DNA of 52,378 bases from Candidatus Nanoarchaeia archaeon. Its GTDB lineage: Archaea > Nanobdellota > Nanobdellia > JAQUSD01. Made by a program: the position numbers and the translations under genes. The stretch is taken from contig JAQUSD010000003.1 of NCBI GenBank assembly GCA_028715295.1, forward strand, positions 1 to 52,378. Direction: 5' to 3'. Shown piece by piece: positions 33,700 to 43,557 of the stretch (positions are counted from its first letter, which is position 1; every line of letters begins with the position of its first letter). The notes under the pieces were generated by a model that saw nothing but the letters and a program-made list of their open reading frames with translations, searched no databases and had not been told where the DNA came from.

Positions 33700-34377
33700 T
33701 TAATCCGATTTCATTTTTATTATTGTGTCCAATATCCTATACCCCACCCTAAGGGGGCTTAGTTTTGTTTCCCCGCCCCTTTTGCTGTATTTTATTGGGC
33801 AATCTTTTATTTTCCCTATCCTCGAAAGAAGAATTGTCATTTCAGTTTCAGTGCTGAACCCCTCAGCTTTCATATAAGGGAGAATTTTTTTTACAGCATA
33901 AACATCAAATATTTTTAACCCCGAAAGAATGTCCTGAGTACCTGTTTTATGAAGCAAGTTTGCAAAACCATTTAGAAATTTATTTCCAATAAAATTCAAT
34001 TTTGTCATGGCGCCCTTTTCCATCATTTTATTTAATCTTGAGCCATTTACCATCACAACGCCTTCTGAAAATGAATTGACAAGCGAAGGTATATCATGCA
34101 CGGGGTAAGTTAAATCTCCATCAATCATAGCTATATACTTATATTTTGGATATTTTTTGATTATATACTTAAATGCCTGAATAACAGCACTGCCCTTTCC
34201 CTTTCCATTCTGAATAATAACCTCAGCACCGCCACGCTTTGCAAATTCAACAGTTCTATCCTTTGAATTTCCATCAATAACAATAGATTTTATTTTTATT
34301 TTTTTTGCTTCCTGAAGTATTGTGCTTATGTTCATTTCTTCATTTAGTGTGGGGATTAAAAGTATTGTATCTTCCAT
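33700..34377 (-). CDS. GT2 polyprenol-phosphate sugar synthase-like
   Basis: IPTLNEE, DGNSKDRT, GKG, IDGDLTYP, ETEMT, YSKRGGETKL. Confidence 0.9.
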   Translation of the reverse strand: MEDTILLIPTLNEEMNISTILQEAKKIKIKSIVIDGNSKDRTVEFAKRGGAEVIIQNGKGKGSAVIQAFKYIIKKYPKYKYIAMIDGDLTYPVHDIPSLVNSFSEGVVMVNGSRLNKMMEKGAMTKLNFIGNKFLNGFANLLHKTGTQDILSGLKIFDVYAVKKILPYMKAEGFSTETEMTILLSRIGKIKDCPIKYSKRGGETKLSPLRVGYRILDTIIKMKSD

Positions 34378-34413
34378 GTTATAATTATTGTTCAGATAGA
34401 TTTTAAAACGTTT

Positions 34414-35112
34414 TTAAAGAAATCTTATTTTAAAGACATCAAAAAATATCTTTATTGGGTCAGTTATTCTCATTTTTGAGTCGTCTTTATGCGCCCATTC
34501 AATAGGAAGTTCAAATATGGTGTAATTGTTCTTTTTAGAATTATTTAATATCTCAACATCAAATGTCCAGCGTTTAGTTTTTATATTGGAAAATACCTTC
34601 TTTGCTACGTCTTTTCTGAAACCCTTAAATCCGCATAGAAAGTCCTGCACCTTAACCCCCAACAGTATGCTGACATATTTATTAAAACACCAGCTCGCAA
34701 ATCTTCTTGATAAAGGCTGTGGGTTATCTATCTTTGAAGAAGCGGTTTTTCGGTTCCCGATAACAACATCATATTTTTTAAGATATTTAACCATAACGCC
34801 AATCTCCTCCGGTTTTATTGAACCGTCAGCGTCAATAAAAACAACCACATCGCCATTTGCATCATTAACCCCTGTTTTTACAGCATGCCCTTTTCCTTTG
34901 TTTGGGGAATAATCTATTATTTTTGCTTTCAGCGCTTTACTCTTTTTTATAACCTCATTTACAACATCGACAGTTTTATCCTTGCTACCGTCATTCACGA
35001 TTAATATTTCAAAATCATCAAGATTTTTTTTAGAATAATTAATAAGTTCCTCTAAAAAAACAGGTATTCTTTTTTCTTCATTATACGCTGGAACTATAAT
35101 GCTTGTCTTCAT
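34414..35112 (-). CDS. GT2 dolichyl-phosphate glucosyltransferase-like
   Basis: VPAYNEEKRI, DGSKDKT, NKGKGHAV, DADGS, DFLCGFKGF, WTFDVE. Start ATG 35112. Confidence 0.92.
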   Translation of the reverse strand: MKTSIIVPAYNEEKRIPVFLEELINYSKKNLDDFEILIVNDGSKDKTVDVVNEVIKKSKALKAKIIDYSPNKGKGHAVKTGVNDANGDVVVFIDADGSIKPEEIGVMVKYLKKYDVVIGNRKTASSKIDNPQPLSRRFASWCFNKYVSILLGVKVQDFLCGFKGFRKDVAKKVFSNIKTKRWTFDVEILNNSKKNNYTIFELPIEWAHKDDSKMRITDPIKIFFDVFKIRFL

Positions 35113-35143
35113 TTTTAATTTTAACAAGGTTTATTTTAAAAAC

Positions 35144-36910
35144 CTATGTAATTTTTATGATTTCTGTTTTGTTACTATATACAATTTCACACGAGTTATT
35201 TGTGTGGCAGTAATTAATGACACTGCTATACTCATCAATGTTGTCGGAAGAAATGAAGATATAATCAATGCCTTCCAAACCAGATATTTTTTCAGGATTT
35301 TCTTTTAAAGATTCAATAGTTTCAACATACCCAGAATAATCATATCCCTGGGTTATAGCAATCATCTTTGAACAGTAATACATATTGTTTTTTGTAAGCG
35401 CTGATAAAGGACAAAAAACAAAATTTTTGTAATAACTTACAATAAAGGTTTTTGATTCAATTTGATTATTATTAATCCAGTTATAAGCGTCTATGTCATA
35501 TTTAGAAACTTTGTCCTCTGTGAAATCCATTTTTACAAAAGCGTTTGCACTTTCTTTTAGAACACCGTAGAGATGATATGAGCCTAAAACAATAAACATT
35601 GATATTACAAAAACAGAAATTTTCTTTTTATTATGTTCTTTAAAAAGCTCTGAAAGTCCAAATACAAGCACAAACGCATACATTCTCTCAAGCTTTACAG
35701 CGTAAAACATCTTTGTTCCAAAAGCCATGTAAATAACTTCAAGAAGAACACAAAGCATCCCAATTTCCGCCCATTTTGATTTTTTAAAAGCCAGAAGAAT
35801 TAAGTTTCCGCTTATAAGCAAAAGCAGGGATATAGAAATCCAGTGTACTTTAAAAAGGCTTAAAATTCCCCATAAAGCGAAAATGATTAAATAGTGTAGG
35901 TTGTTCTTCAGCATACGCTTTCTATAAAATAGGATAGTTATAACCAATACCCAAAAGATAAAAAATCCAAACCTGTACATTGTCTGGAGATTTACCGGAT
36001 TAACTTCACTTATGTAATTATCATAATTGGATAAAATTAACAGTAGCCAAGGAAGTGAAAGTGACAAGGTAATTGCTGTAAAAATTAACGCGTTTTTTGT
36101 ATTCTTATTTTTAAGAAGGTAAATAAAGTAAGCAAAGCTGAAAAGTATTGTAAGGGGCAGGTACTGGAATGCCATAACCCCATTTAGGAAACCGATTTTT
36201 TTTACATCCACATCATCTTTCTGTATGAGCATGTTGAGGATAATCAAAAATGTAATATGTCCAATAGTCCACGAAACCCATCCGGCAAAAGAAGCCATAT
36301 GTGCCATTGTTCCTGAAAAAACCAAAAAAAGCAGGAAATTCTTTTTTGAAGTGCTTATTGATGAAAATGCGTTAAGAATCAGAATTATAAAAATAAATCT
36401 TGAAAACGGGAAAATAATCTTAAACACATCATAAGGTGAAGCACCCGTTACTTTTGAAAAGAAAGCAACAACAAGCTCTGGAGAAAGCGAATAAACAACT
36501 TTTTTATCTTGCATATAAGGGTCGTTAATAGGGATATTTTTTGAAACTAAAAGCTGATTTACATATGAAACGTGCTGTGTTCTATCAGATTCAGAATAAA
36601 AATTTCCTTCAGCATCCAGCCAGCCATTTTGAACATTCCAAAAAAGATTTGGGACTAAAAATAAAATAACAGCAACAGTAAGTTGCCAAATTTTAATTTT
36701 CCATTCAATTTGGGTATTGAATTTCTTTAAGATAAAGTATGTTGTTGCAAATGAAACCACTATTGAAAGTAGAAGGGGGTAAGAAACAGAGGTGAGGTAT
36801 TCAAAAACAAGGTAAGCAAGGGGGAATACGAAAAACAAACCAATTACAAATAGGTTAATTAGAGTGTTGAATCTCCTGCTTTGCATACCAGAAACAATTT
36901 TATTATACAT
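35144..36910 (-). CDS. Large multi-pass membrane protein, GT-C-like architecture
   Basis: More than 10 TM segments, external loop ESDRTQH...NDPY after the first TMs, soluble C-terminal domain. Confidence 0.6.
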   Translation of the reverse strand: MYNKIVSGMQSRRFNTLINLFVIGLFFVFPLAYLVFEYLTSVSYPLLLSIVVSFATTYFILKKFNTQIEWKIKIWQLTVAVILFLVPNLFWNVQNGWLDAEGNFYSESDRTQHVSYVNQLLVSKNIPINDPYMQDKKVVYSLSPELVVAFFSKVTGASPYDVFKIIFPFSRFIFIILILNAFSSISTSKKNFLLFLVFSGTMAHMASFAGWVSWTIGHITFLIILNMLIQKDDVDVKKIGFLNGVMAFQYLPLTILFSFAYFIYLLKNKNTKNALIFTAITLSLSLPWLLLILSNYDNYISEVNPVNLQTMYRFGFFIFWVLVITILFYRKRMLKNNLHYLIIFALWGILSLFKVHWISISLLLLISGNLILLAFKKSKWAEIGMLCVLLEVIYMAFGTKMFYAVKLERMYAFVLVFGLSELFKEHNKKKISVFVISMFIVLGSYHLYGVLKESANAFVKMDFTEDKVSKYDIDAYNWINNNQIESKTFIVSYYKNFVFCPLSALTKNNMYYCSKMIAITQGYDYSGYVETIESLKENPEKISGLEGIDYIFISSDNIDEYSSVINYCHTNNSCEIVYSNKTEIIKIT

Positions 36911-37463
36911 TTTTAAATTGTTTTCTTTCTGCTAAGTATTTTGATTGTAGTATATAATAACTGTGGAGATCTTTCGGGTCCCCATATTTTAGTTCTTCTT
37001 TGATCTTTATCCCCTCAAAACAAAAACCATTTTTTTCAAGAACCTTTTTTGAACCAATATTTTCCTCAAAAACAGTCGCGTATATTTTATGGAGTCCCAT
37101 ATTTTCAAAACCATATTTAAGAACAAGTTTTATTGCTTCTGTGGCATAACCCTTGCCCCAGTGTTCTTTTCCAATCCAATACCCTATCTGAGCGTTTTTA
37201 TTGATCCAGTCTATTGAAGAAAGATTAATAACCCCAACAGCTTTTTTAACATTGATAGGGGCTATTACAAAATATTTTCGTCTTCCTGATAAAAAATCAG
37301 CTAAAAAATCAATTGTTCTTCTAAATCCCTCAGAATCCGCGTTTGGGTGCTTGAATATACTAACTGATTTAAGTATATCATCACTTCTTATGTCTTTTTG
37401 AAGGTTTTTATAGTCAAATATACTTGGACTTTTTAGTGTTATTTTTTCTCCTTTCAGCTTCAT
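36903..37463 (-). CDS. GNAT N-acetyltransferase (RimJ/RimL type)
   Basis: IGYWIGKEHWGKGYATEA, NIGSKKVLEKNGF. Start moved to ATG 37463. Confidence 0.9.
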   Translation of the reverse strand: MKLKGEKITLKSPSIFDYKNLQKDIRSDDILKSVSIFKHPNADSEGFRRTIDFLADFLSGRRKYFVIAPINVKKAVGVINLSSIDWINKNAQIGYWIGKEHWGKGYATEAIKLVLKYGFENMGLHKIYATVFEENIGSKKVLEKNGFCFEGIKIKEELKYGDPKDLHSYYILQSKYLAERKQFKNV

Positions 37464-37524
37464 TTTAATGAAATTTAACTGTACCTTAAGATTTATATGC
37501 TTTGATATCGGCATGGAAATTGCA

Positions 37525-38436
37525 ATGGAATTAACCGCGGTTGTAATTGCAAGGAACGAAGAGAAAAACATCGAGTCGTGTATAAAGTCTCTTTTTAAAT
37601 GCGGACTAAATAAAAAACAGTTGCAGATAATTCTTGTTGACAGCAATTCAAGCGACAGAACAATAGAAATAGCGTCTAAATACCCTATAGAGATTTACAG
37701 GCTTGACAAGCCTTCAATTGGTTCAGCACTTAATATAGGCATTGATTTTTCAAAAGCAAAGCACATATTAAAGGTAGATGGGGATTCAACAGTACCCAAT
37801 AATTTTGTTAAAATTGCTTTGAAAATGTTTGAAAAAAACAAAAAAGTTGGGTTGGTAACAGGGATAAGAAAAGAAAAAAACCCGAATACTAAAATAGGTT
37901 CAATTTATTCAAGAAGGTTCCAGGAATCAGACAAGCCAGGATACATAACTAATCTTGGGGGGAACTTCATATTTGATAAAGAGGCTGTTAAAAAAACGTT
38001 AATTAAGTTTCCTGATGATCACTGCAGGGAAGAAACCTTACTGTGCAAAGCACTCAATAAACATGGGTATAAATGTTTGAGATTGAACACGGTTTCAATG
38101 GTGCATGACAGCACCTTTGATTCCTGTGAAAAGCCGAATTATCTTAAAAAAAACAAATTCTACGCCTACGAAAATGCTGTTTATCTTAAAAGAATGGGGA
38201 TTTCAACAGCATTAAAAGAGCCACACATAATTCTTTTGTTTTATCTTTTTGGAACAACCGCCTTATCCTTTTTAAATCCATTGTTTTTTTTAGGAATGTT
38301 ATTGCCATTTTTCGGCGTTATGCTAATTAAAAAATCGGCTTCAGAAGCGGTTTATTTTTATTATAGGGCTTTTCATTTGATGTACTATCTTTTTTCTTCA
38401 GGAAAAAAGAAAGTCGGTTTCAAAAAAATAAAGTAA
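37525..38436 (+). CDS. Glycosyltransferase family 2 with C-terminal TM segments
   Basis: VIARNEE, DSNSSDRT, VDGD. Start ATG 37525 (or 37513). Confidence 0.88.
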   Translation: MELTAVVIARNEEKNIESCIKSLFKCGLNKKQLQIILVDSNSSDRTIEIASKYPIEIYRLDKPSIGSALNIGIDFSKAKHILKVDGDSTVPNNFVKIALKMFEKNKKVGLVTGIRKEKNPNTKIGSIYSRRFQESDKPGYITNLGGNFIFDKEAVKKTLIKFPDDHCREETLLCKALNKHGYKCLRLNTVSMVHDSTFDSCEKPNYLKKNKFYAYENAVYLKRMGISTALKEPHIILLFYLFGTTALSFLNPLFFLGMLLPFFGVMLIKKSASEAVYFYYRAFHLMYYLFSSGKKKVGFKKIK

Positions 38437-38477
38437 TTACAAACATTTTATAAAATTAACATATATTTTGATATAAG

Positions 38478-39596
38478 ATGAAAGTTCCTCCAGTTAAAAT
38501 CTGTTTTTCAGAACAAGACAAAGCAAATATTAAAAATGAAATAGACGAAGTTCTCTCAAGTGGAATGCTCACCCTCGGGAAGCATAATAAAAGATTTGAA
38601 GAAGAATTTTCAAAATATACTGGTTCAAAGCATGCAATTGCAGTAAACAGCGGAACATCATCACTTGAAATACCTTTGAGAATAACAGGTGTAAAAGGTA
38701 AAAACGTAATTGTTCCTACAAATACATTTTTTGCAACACCCGCGTCTGTTGTTCATGCAGGTGGAAATGTAAAATTTGCAGATGTGGATGTAGAAACATT
38801 ATCAATTAATGCTGAAACTGTAAAAGAGCTTGCTGATGAAAACACAACAGCCATGATGATGGTTCATATAGGTGGGATAATTTCTCCTGAAGTTGAAAAA
38901 ATTCAGAAATTTTGCAGAGAAAATAATATCACCCTTATAGAAGATGCGGCTCATGCACACGGATGTTCAATAAACGGAAAAAATGCAGGAACTTTCGGTA
39001 AGGCGTCATCATTTTCATTCTATCCTACAAAAGTTATAACAAGCGGAGAGGGGGGCATGATAATAACAGATGACGATGAAATTGACAGAAGAGCAAGAAT
39101 ATTCAGAGACCAGGGAAAAGCCAGTTTTACAACAAACGATGCTGTAGAAATGGGCTATAACTGGAGAATGAGCGAAGTTCACGCTATAATCGGATACCAC
39201 CAGCTCAAAAGACTTGATGAGTTTATAGAAAATCGGAACAAAATAGCACAAATTTACAATAAGGAACTTAATGATGTTGATAAAATACAACCATTAAAAT
39301 TGCCTGAAAACAGCAGGTGCAATTATTACAAATATATTGCTGTTTTGGACAGTTCGGTTAACAGAGATGTGTTTAAAAAAACACTAAAAGAAAATTATGA
39401 GGTTTCATGCAGTGGCGAGGTTTATGATAAACCATGTCATCTCCAGCCGGTTTTTTCATATTTAGGCTATAAAAAAGGAGATTTACCGGTTTCAGAGGAT
39501 TTGTGTTCAAAACATGTGTGTCTCCCAATATTCCCTGAAATGACAGATGAACAGGCAGTCTATGTTGCTGACAGTATAAGGAAGGTGCTTAAATGA
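38478..39596 (+). CDS. DegT/DnrJ/EryC1/StrS sugar aminotransferase
   Basis: NSGTSSL, EDAAHAHG, SFYPTKVITSGEGGM (PLP lysine), GYNWRMSE. Confidence 0.95.
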   Translation: MKVPPVKICFSEQDKANIKNEIDEVLSSGMLTLGKHNKRFEEEFSKYTGSKHAIAVNSGTSSLEIPLRITGVKGKNVIVPTNTFFATPASVVHAGGNVKFADVDVETLSINAETVKELADENTTAMMMVHIGGIISPEVEKIQKFCRENNITLIEDAAHAHGCSINGKNAGTFGKASSFSFYPTKVITSGEGGMIITDDDEIDRRARIFRDQGKASFTTNDAVEMGYNWRMSEVHAIIGYHQLKRLDEFIENRNKIAQIYNKELNDVDKIQPLKLPENSRCNYYKYIAVLDSSVNRDVFKKTLKENYEVSCSGEVYDKPCHLQPVFSYLGYKKGDLPVSEDLCSKHVCLPIFPEMTDEQAVYVADSIRKVLK

Positions 39597-40495
39597 TTGT
39601 TGTTACTGGAGGTTCTGGATTTATAGGAAGCCATGTTGTTGACAAATTAAAAGAAGCAGGACACGAAGTAAGAGTTTTTGATGTTACGCCCCCAAAACAA
39701 AGTGATGTCGAATTTGTAAAAGGGGACATAACAAATATTGATGATTTAAAATCAGCACTTAAGGATGTTGAAGCAGTATACCACCTTGCAGCAGTTTCAA
39801 ATGTTAATTCTGCTTTTGAAAACCCCTTAATGAATAACAACTTAAATATTATGGGAACGGCAAATGTTCTTGAAGCAGTAAGACAGACTAATGTAAAAAG
39901 AATGCTTTTTGCAAGCACAGTCTGGGTTTATGGTGCTTGCAGAGATGAGCAGGTTTATGAGGGGAGCCCATTTTATATGCCTGGAGCAGGGCATGTTTAC
40001 ACTTCAAGCAAGATAGCAGGTGAACTTCTTTGTCATGATTATCAGAAACTTTATGGAACAGATTTTACAGTTTTTAGATACGGAATCCCTTATGGGCCAA
40101 GAGCAAGAGGAGCAACAGTTCTCCCTATTTTTGTTGAAAAAGCCATGAAAGGGGAACCTCTTACAATCCAAGGAGATGGTTTACAGCACAGAGAGTTTAT
40201 TTATGTTGAAGATTTGGCTGATGGAAATGTTGCAGGACTAAAAGACGCTGGAAAAAACCAAACTTATAACCTGTGCGGAGACGAGCCAGTTACAATAAAA
40301 GAAATGGCTGAAACTGTAAGAAAACTTTTTGACAATAAAGTAGACATAATCTATCAAGAAGCACGTCCAGGCGACTTTAAGGGAAAGCTTATTTCAAACA
40401 GGAAAGCAAAAGCTGAACTTGGATGGAAACCAAAAGTTTCTTTTGAAGAAGGAGTCAGGAGATACATACAATGGCTGAAAGAGAACAAGACTTAA
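39593..40495 (+). CDS. NAD-dependent epimerase/dehydratase
   Basis: GGSGFIGS, ASTVWVYG, YTSSK, YGP. Confidence 0.92.
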   Translation: MIVVTGGSGFIGSHVVDKLKEAGHEVRVFDVTPPKQSDVEFVKGDITNIDDLKSALKDVEAVYHLAAVSNVNSAFENPLMNNNLNIMGTANVLEAVRQTNVKRMLFASTVWVYGACRDEQVYEGSPFYMPGAGHVYTSSKIAGELLCHDYQKLYGTDFTVFRYGIPYGPRARGATVLPIFVEKAMKGEPLTIQGDGLQHREFIYVEDLADGNVAGLKDAGKNQTYNLCGDEPVTIKEMAETVRKLFDNKVDIIYQEARPGDFKGKLISNRKAKAELGWKPKVSFEEGVRRYIQWLKENKT

Positions 40496-41439
40496 TTAAA
40501 AATCAAAATGTCTGTGTAATAGGCGGATGCGGTTTTATTGGTTCAAACATAGCCGAGGAATTATGCATAAATAATAAGGTAAGAGTAATAGATAATCTTT
40601 ATTCAGGAAATACAAAAAATATAGAACATTTTAAGGATAAGGTGGAATACATTCAGAAAGACATAAGAGAAAAAGACGTTGATTCTGTTCTAAAGGACAC
40701 AGATATTATTTTTCATACAGGAGCAAATGCATTTATAGATAAATCAATCGAAAATCCTGGTTATGATGCTGAAGTCAATATAATAGGAACAATAAATCTT
40801 CTTGAAGCGTGCAGAAAAAATGATATTAAAAAAATAGTGCTATCTTCAACTTCAGCTGTTTACGGAGAACCTGTTTACCAGCCAATTGACGAAAAGCATC
40901 CCGTTAACCCAGACTCTCCTTATGCAATATCCAAGCGTTCATGCGAACTTTATATGCAGCTTTACAAAGAACTTTACGGAATCAAGGCTGTTAATCTAAG
41001 ATACTTTAATATATATGGAAACCGGCAGGCGACAAACGCAGGCGTTATATCAATATTTATAGATAGAATTTTGAGAAACCAGATGCTATGTATTTTTGGA
41101 AATGGAACTCAGACAAGAGATTATGTTCATGTGAGCGATGCTGTAAAAGCAAATATTCTTGCTGTAACTCAGCATGGGGTTGCGGGAAAAATCTTCAATA
41201 TTGGAACAGGGAAATGCTATAGTATAAATGACTTGATTGAAATACTTAAAAAAATAAACCCAAATGTGAAAGCAGTGTATAAAGAAAAAAGACTTGGCGA
41301 TCCTCTTGACAGTGTTGCTGACACATCTCTATCTGAAAAAGAACTTGGTTTTAAATACAGTGTTGAATTTGAAACAGGGGTTAAAGACACTTATGGATAT
41401 ATGAAAAAGTATTATAACTACCCTTCCCAACATATTTAA
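40471..41439 (+). CDS. NAD-dependent epimerase (UDP-glucose 4-epimerase-like)
   Basis: GGCGFIGS, STSAVYG, YAISK, RYFNIYG, QTRDYVHV. Confidence 0.92.
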   Translation: MAEREQDLIKNQNVCVIGGCGFIGSNIAEELCINNKVRVIDNLYSGNTKNIEHFKDKVEYIQKDIREKDVDSVLKDTDIIFHTGANAFIDKSIENPGYDAEVNIIGTINLLEACRKNDIKKIVLSSTSAVYGEPVYQPIDEKHPVNPDSPYAISKRSCELYMQLYKELYGIKAVNLRYFNIYGNRQATNAGVISIFIDRILRNQMLCIFGNGTQTRDYVHVSDAVKANILAVTQHGVAGKIFNIGTGKCYSINDLIEILKKINPNVKAVYKEKRLGDPLDSVADTSLSEKELGFKYSVEFETGVKDTYGYMKKYYNYPSQHI

Positions 41440-41464
41440 AAAACAGACATTTTTCTTAATTATC

Positions 41465-42241
41465 ATGACTGTAACAGTATGTATTACATGTGATATTGAC
41501 ACTGAATTAAGAGACAAAAACTATCTAAAGAAATATCTGATGCTTCTTGATAAAAAGAAAGTAAAAGCTACCTTTTTCGTTAATAATGAAATTATAGAAA
41601 AAAACCCAGGGCAAGCCTCTTTACTTAAAAAAACAAAACATGAAATTGGAGCACACGGTGACACACACACCCCTTTTTATGGCAGTTACAGTGAACTTTG
41701 TAAAAGGCTTAAAAAAAATAAATTAACTCTCGAAGAATTTTATAAAACAAAAATAATGGGATTTAGAGCGCCCATGCTTAAATATAGCAAGGAGTTATAT
41801 GAAGCACTGCGGGAAAATGGTTTTAGGTATAGCAGTAATTTCCATAGGAGGGAATTAATTTCTTGGGTCCCTTTTTTTGGTTTTACATATGAATTAAGTT
41901 TTTTCAGTAAAATAAAACCCTTGCTTAAATCATTGGCAGATTTGGTTTATGTTAAAAAACCTAAACCTTACAAAATCAAAGGTGTGCTTGAGATACCTGT
42001 TACAACCCCCTGTGATTGGTTTTTAGTTGACTTTGTGAAAACAAAAAGAATTTATGAAACATGGAAAGACATTTTTGATGACATGGCTAAAAAAAATGGT
42101 GATTTTGTTTTTGTTGTCCTCACCCACCCGCAGTATATCTCCAATGGGCACTTGGTTGAGTTATCAAGATTTATTGATTATGTAAAGATGAAAAATGCAG
42201 AATTAAAAACCTTAAATGAAATTACCTCTTCGTATAGTTAG
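41465..42241 (+). CDS. Polysaccharide deacetylase family protein
   Basis: TCDID, HEIGAHGDTH, GFRAP, EIPVT, LTHP. Confidence 0.88.
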   Translation: MTVTVCITCDIDTELRDKNYLKKYLMLLDKKKVKATFFVNNEIIEKNPGQASLLKKTKHEIGAHGDTHTPFYGSYSELCKRLKKNKLTLEEFYKTKIMGFRAPMLKYSKELYEALRENGFRYSSNFHRRELISWVPFFGFTYELSFFSKIKPLLKSLADLVYVKKPKPYKIKGVLEIPVTTPCDWFLVDFVKTKRIYETWKDIFDDMAKKNGDFVFVVLTHPQYISNGHLVELSRFIDYVKMKNAELKTLNEITSSYS

Positions 42242-42273
42242 ATTTAATAATTATTTGAATTTAAGGTGTATGT

Positions 42274-43557
42274 ATGGACGTGCTATTGCTGTTTCCACCG
42301 AAGTATGACGATTCAAATTATGTGTTGAGAGAGGTTGGATGCGACCAACTAGATCCTTATCTCAGAAATTCAACGCTTTTAGCATCCTTAATTGGTGTTA
42401 TAAAACCAACTAAAGTTATAGACTGCCAGATTGAAGGAAAAACATACGAAGAATTAAAAGGTATAAAAACAGACATTCTGGTTTCAATGAATAATCTTTC
42501 TGATTATAAGAAATCATCAAAAGTGTTTGAATTAATTGAGGCAAAAAAGAAAATCTGCATTTTTTTGCCGTTTATACCAGATAAAAAAATTATGGAAGAA
42601 GTCAAGAAATCATACGCTAAAGACATTATTTTTGTTAATGATAGAGATGTTCCTGAGGTAAAAGCAAGCAATATTATTTATGGGAAAAAAGAAGAGTTAA
42701 CTTTTTCAGAACTTCCGGCTCCGGTTCATTCAATTCTTTCTGTAAAAAAATCAAAAATCCCTTCAATTGAGATTGGGAGGGGTTGCCCATTTAATTGCAG
42801 TTTCTGTACAATGGCAAGAGCAAAAGTCGGGTTTAAGCCAATAGATATAATAATAGAAGAAATGAAATTTTTTAGTGATAATGGAGTAAAACATGTGGAT
42901 TTAGTTGATAATAATTTTACACTAAACAAAAAGAGGGCTCTTGAACTCTGTGAGAAAATAAAAAAACAGAATTTTAAAATGACTTGGGAAACCTCAACAA
43001 GATTTGAACTAGTTGATGGAGAACTACTTAAGGCGATGAAAGAAGCGGGTTGTGAGCAGATAAAATACGGAGTTGAAAGTCTTTCTGATAAAAGTATGGA
43101 AAAAAACTGGAAAAACTGCAACTTAAATGAAATGATTGAGAAAACAAAGCTAACTCATGACATGGGCATAAAATCAGTTCTTTATTTGATAATAGGTTTG
43201 CCTGGAGAAGATGGGGAGTCAATAAAAAAGATTTGCAGAATGATCGAAGAAGTTAAACCATATAGGATCATGGTTGCAAGCTTCAAGCCGTTTCCAGGAA
43301 CACTTTACTCAAAAGAAATTTTTAATGAAAACGAATCTCCAGAAAATATGATAAATTTCTACCAAAAAAGTCTTTTAGAACCTGTAGATTTTAATTACAT
43401 AAATTCAGAACAGATTAAAAATTATAGGGATGCCATCATGAAATCTTTTATAAAAATGAAGCTTAAAACAAGGGATTTAAAATTTATACTTTTTGCCGTT
43501 AAAAAAGAAGGTTTTAAAGAATCCCTAAAACACATAAAATATCTCTTTAGTTTTTAA
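42274..43557 (+). CDS. Radical SAM protein with degenerate B12-binding-like N-terminus
   Basis: GRGCPFNCSFC, DNNF, GVES, IGLPGE, PFPGT. Confidence 0.9.
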   Translation: MDVLLLFPPKYDDSNYVLREVGCDQLDPYLRNSTLLASLIGVIKPTKVIDCQIEGKTYEELKGIKTDILVSMNNLSDYKKSSKVFELIEAKKKICIFLPFIPDKKIMEEVKKSYAKDIIFVNDRDVPEVKASNIIYGKKEELTFSELPAPVHSILSVKKSKIPSIEIGRGCPFNCSFCTMARAKVGFKPIDIIIEEMKFFSDNGVKHVDLVDNNFTLNKKRALELCEKIKKQNFKMTWETSTRFELVDGELLKAMKEAGCEQIKYGVESLSDKSMEKNWKNCNLNEMIEKTKLTHDMGIKSVLYLIIGLPGEDGESIKKICRMIEEVKPYRIMVASFKPFPGTLYSKEIFNENESPENMINFYQKSLLEPVDFNYINSEQIKNYRDAIMKSFIKMKLKTRDLKFILFAVKKEGFKESLKHIKYLFSF

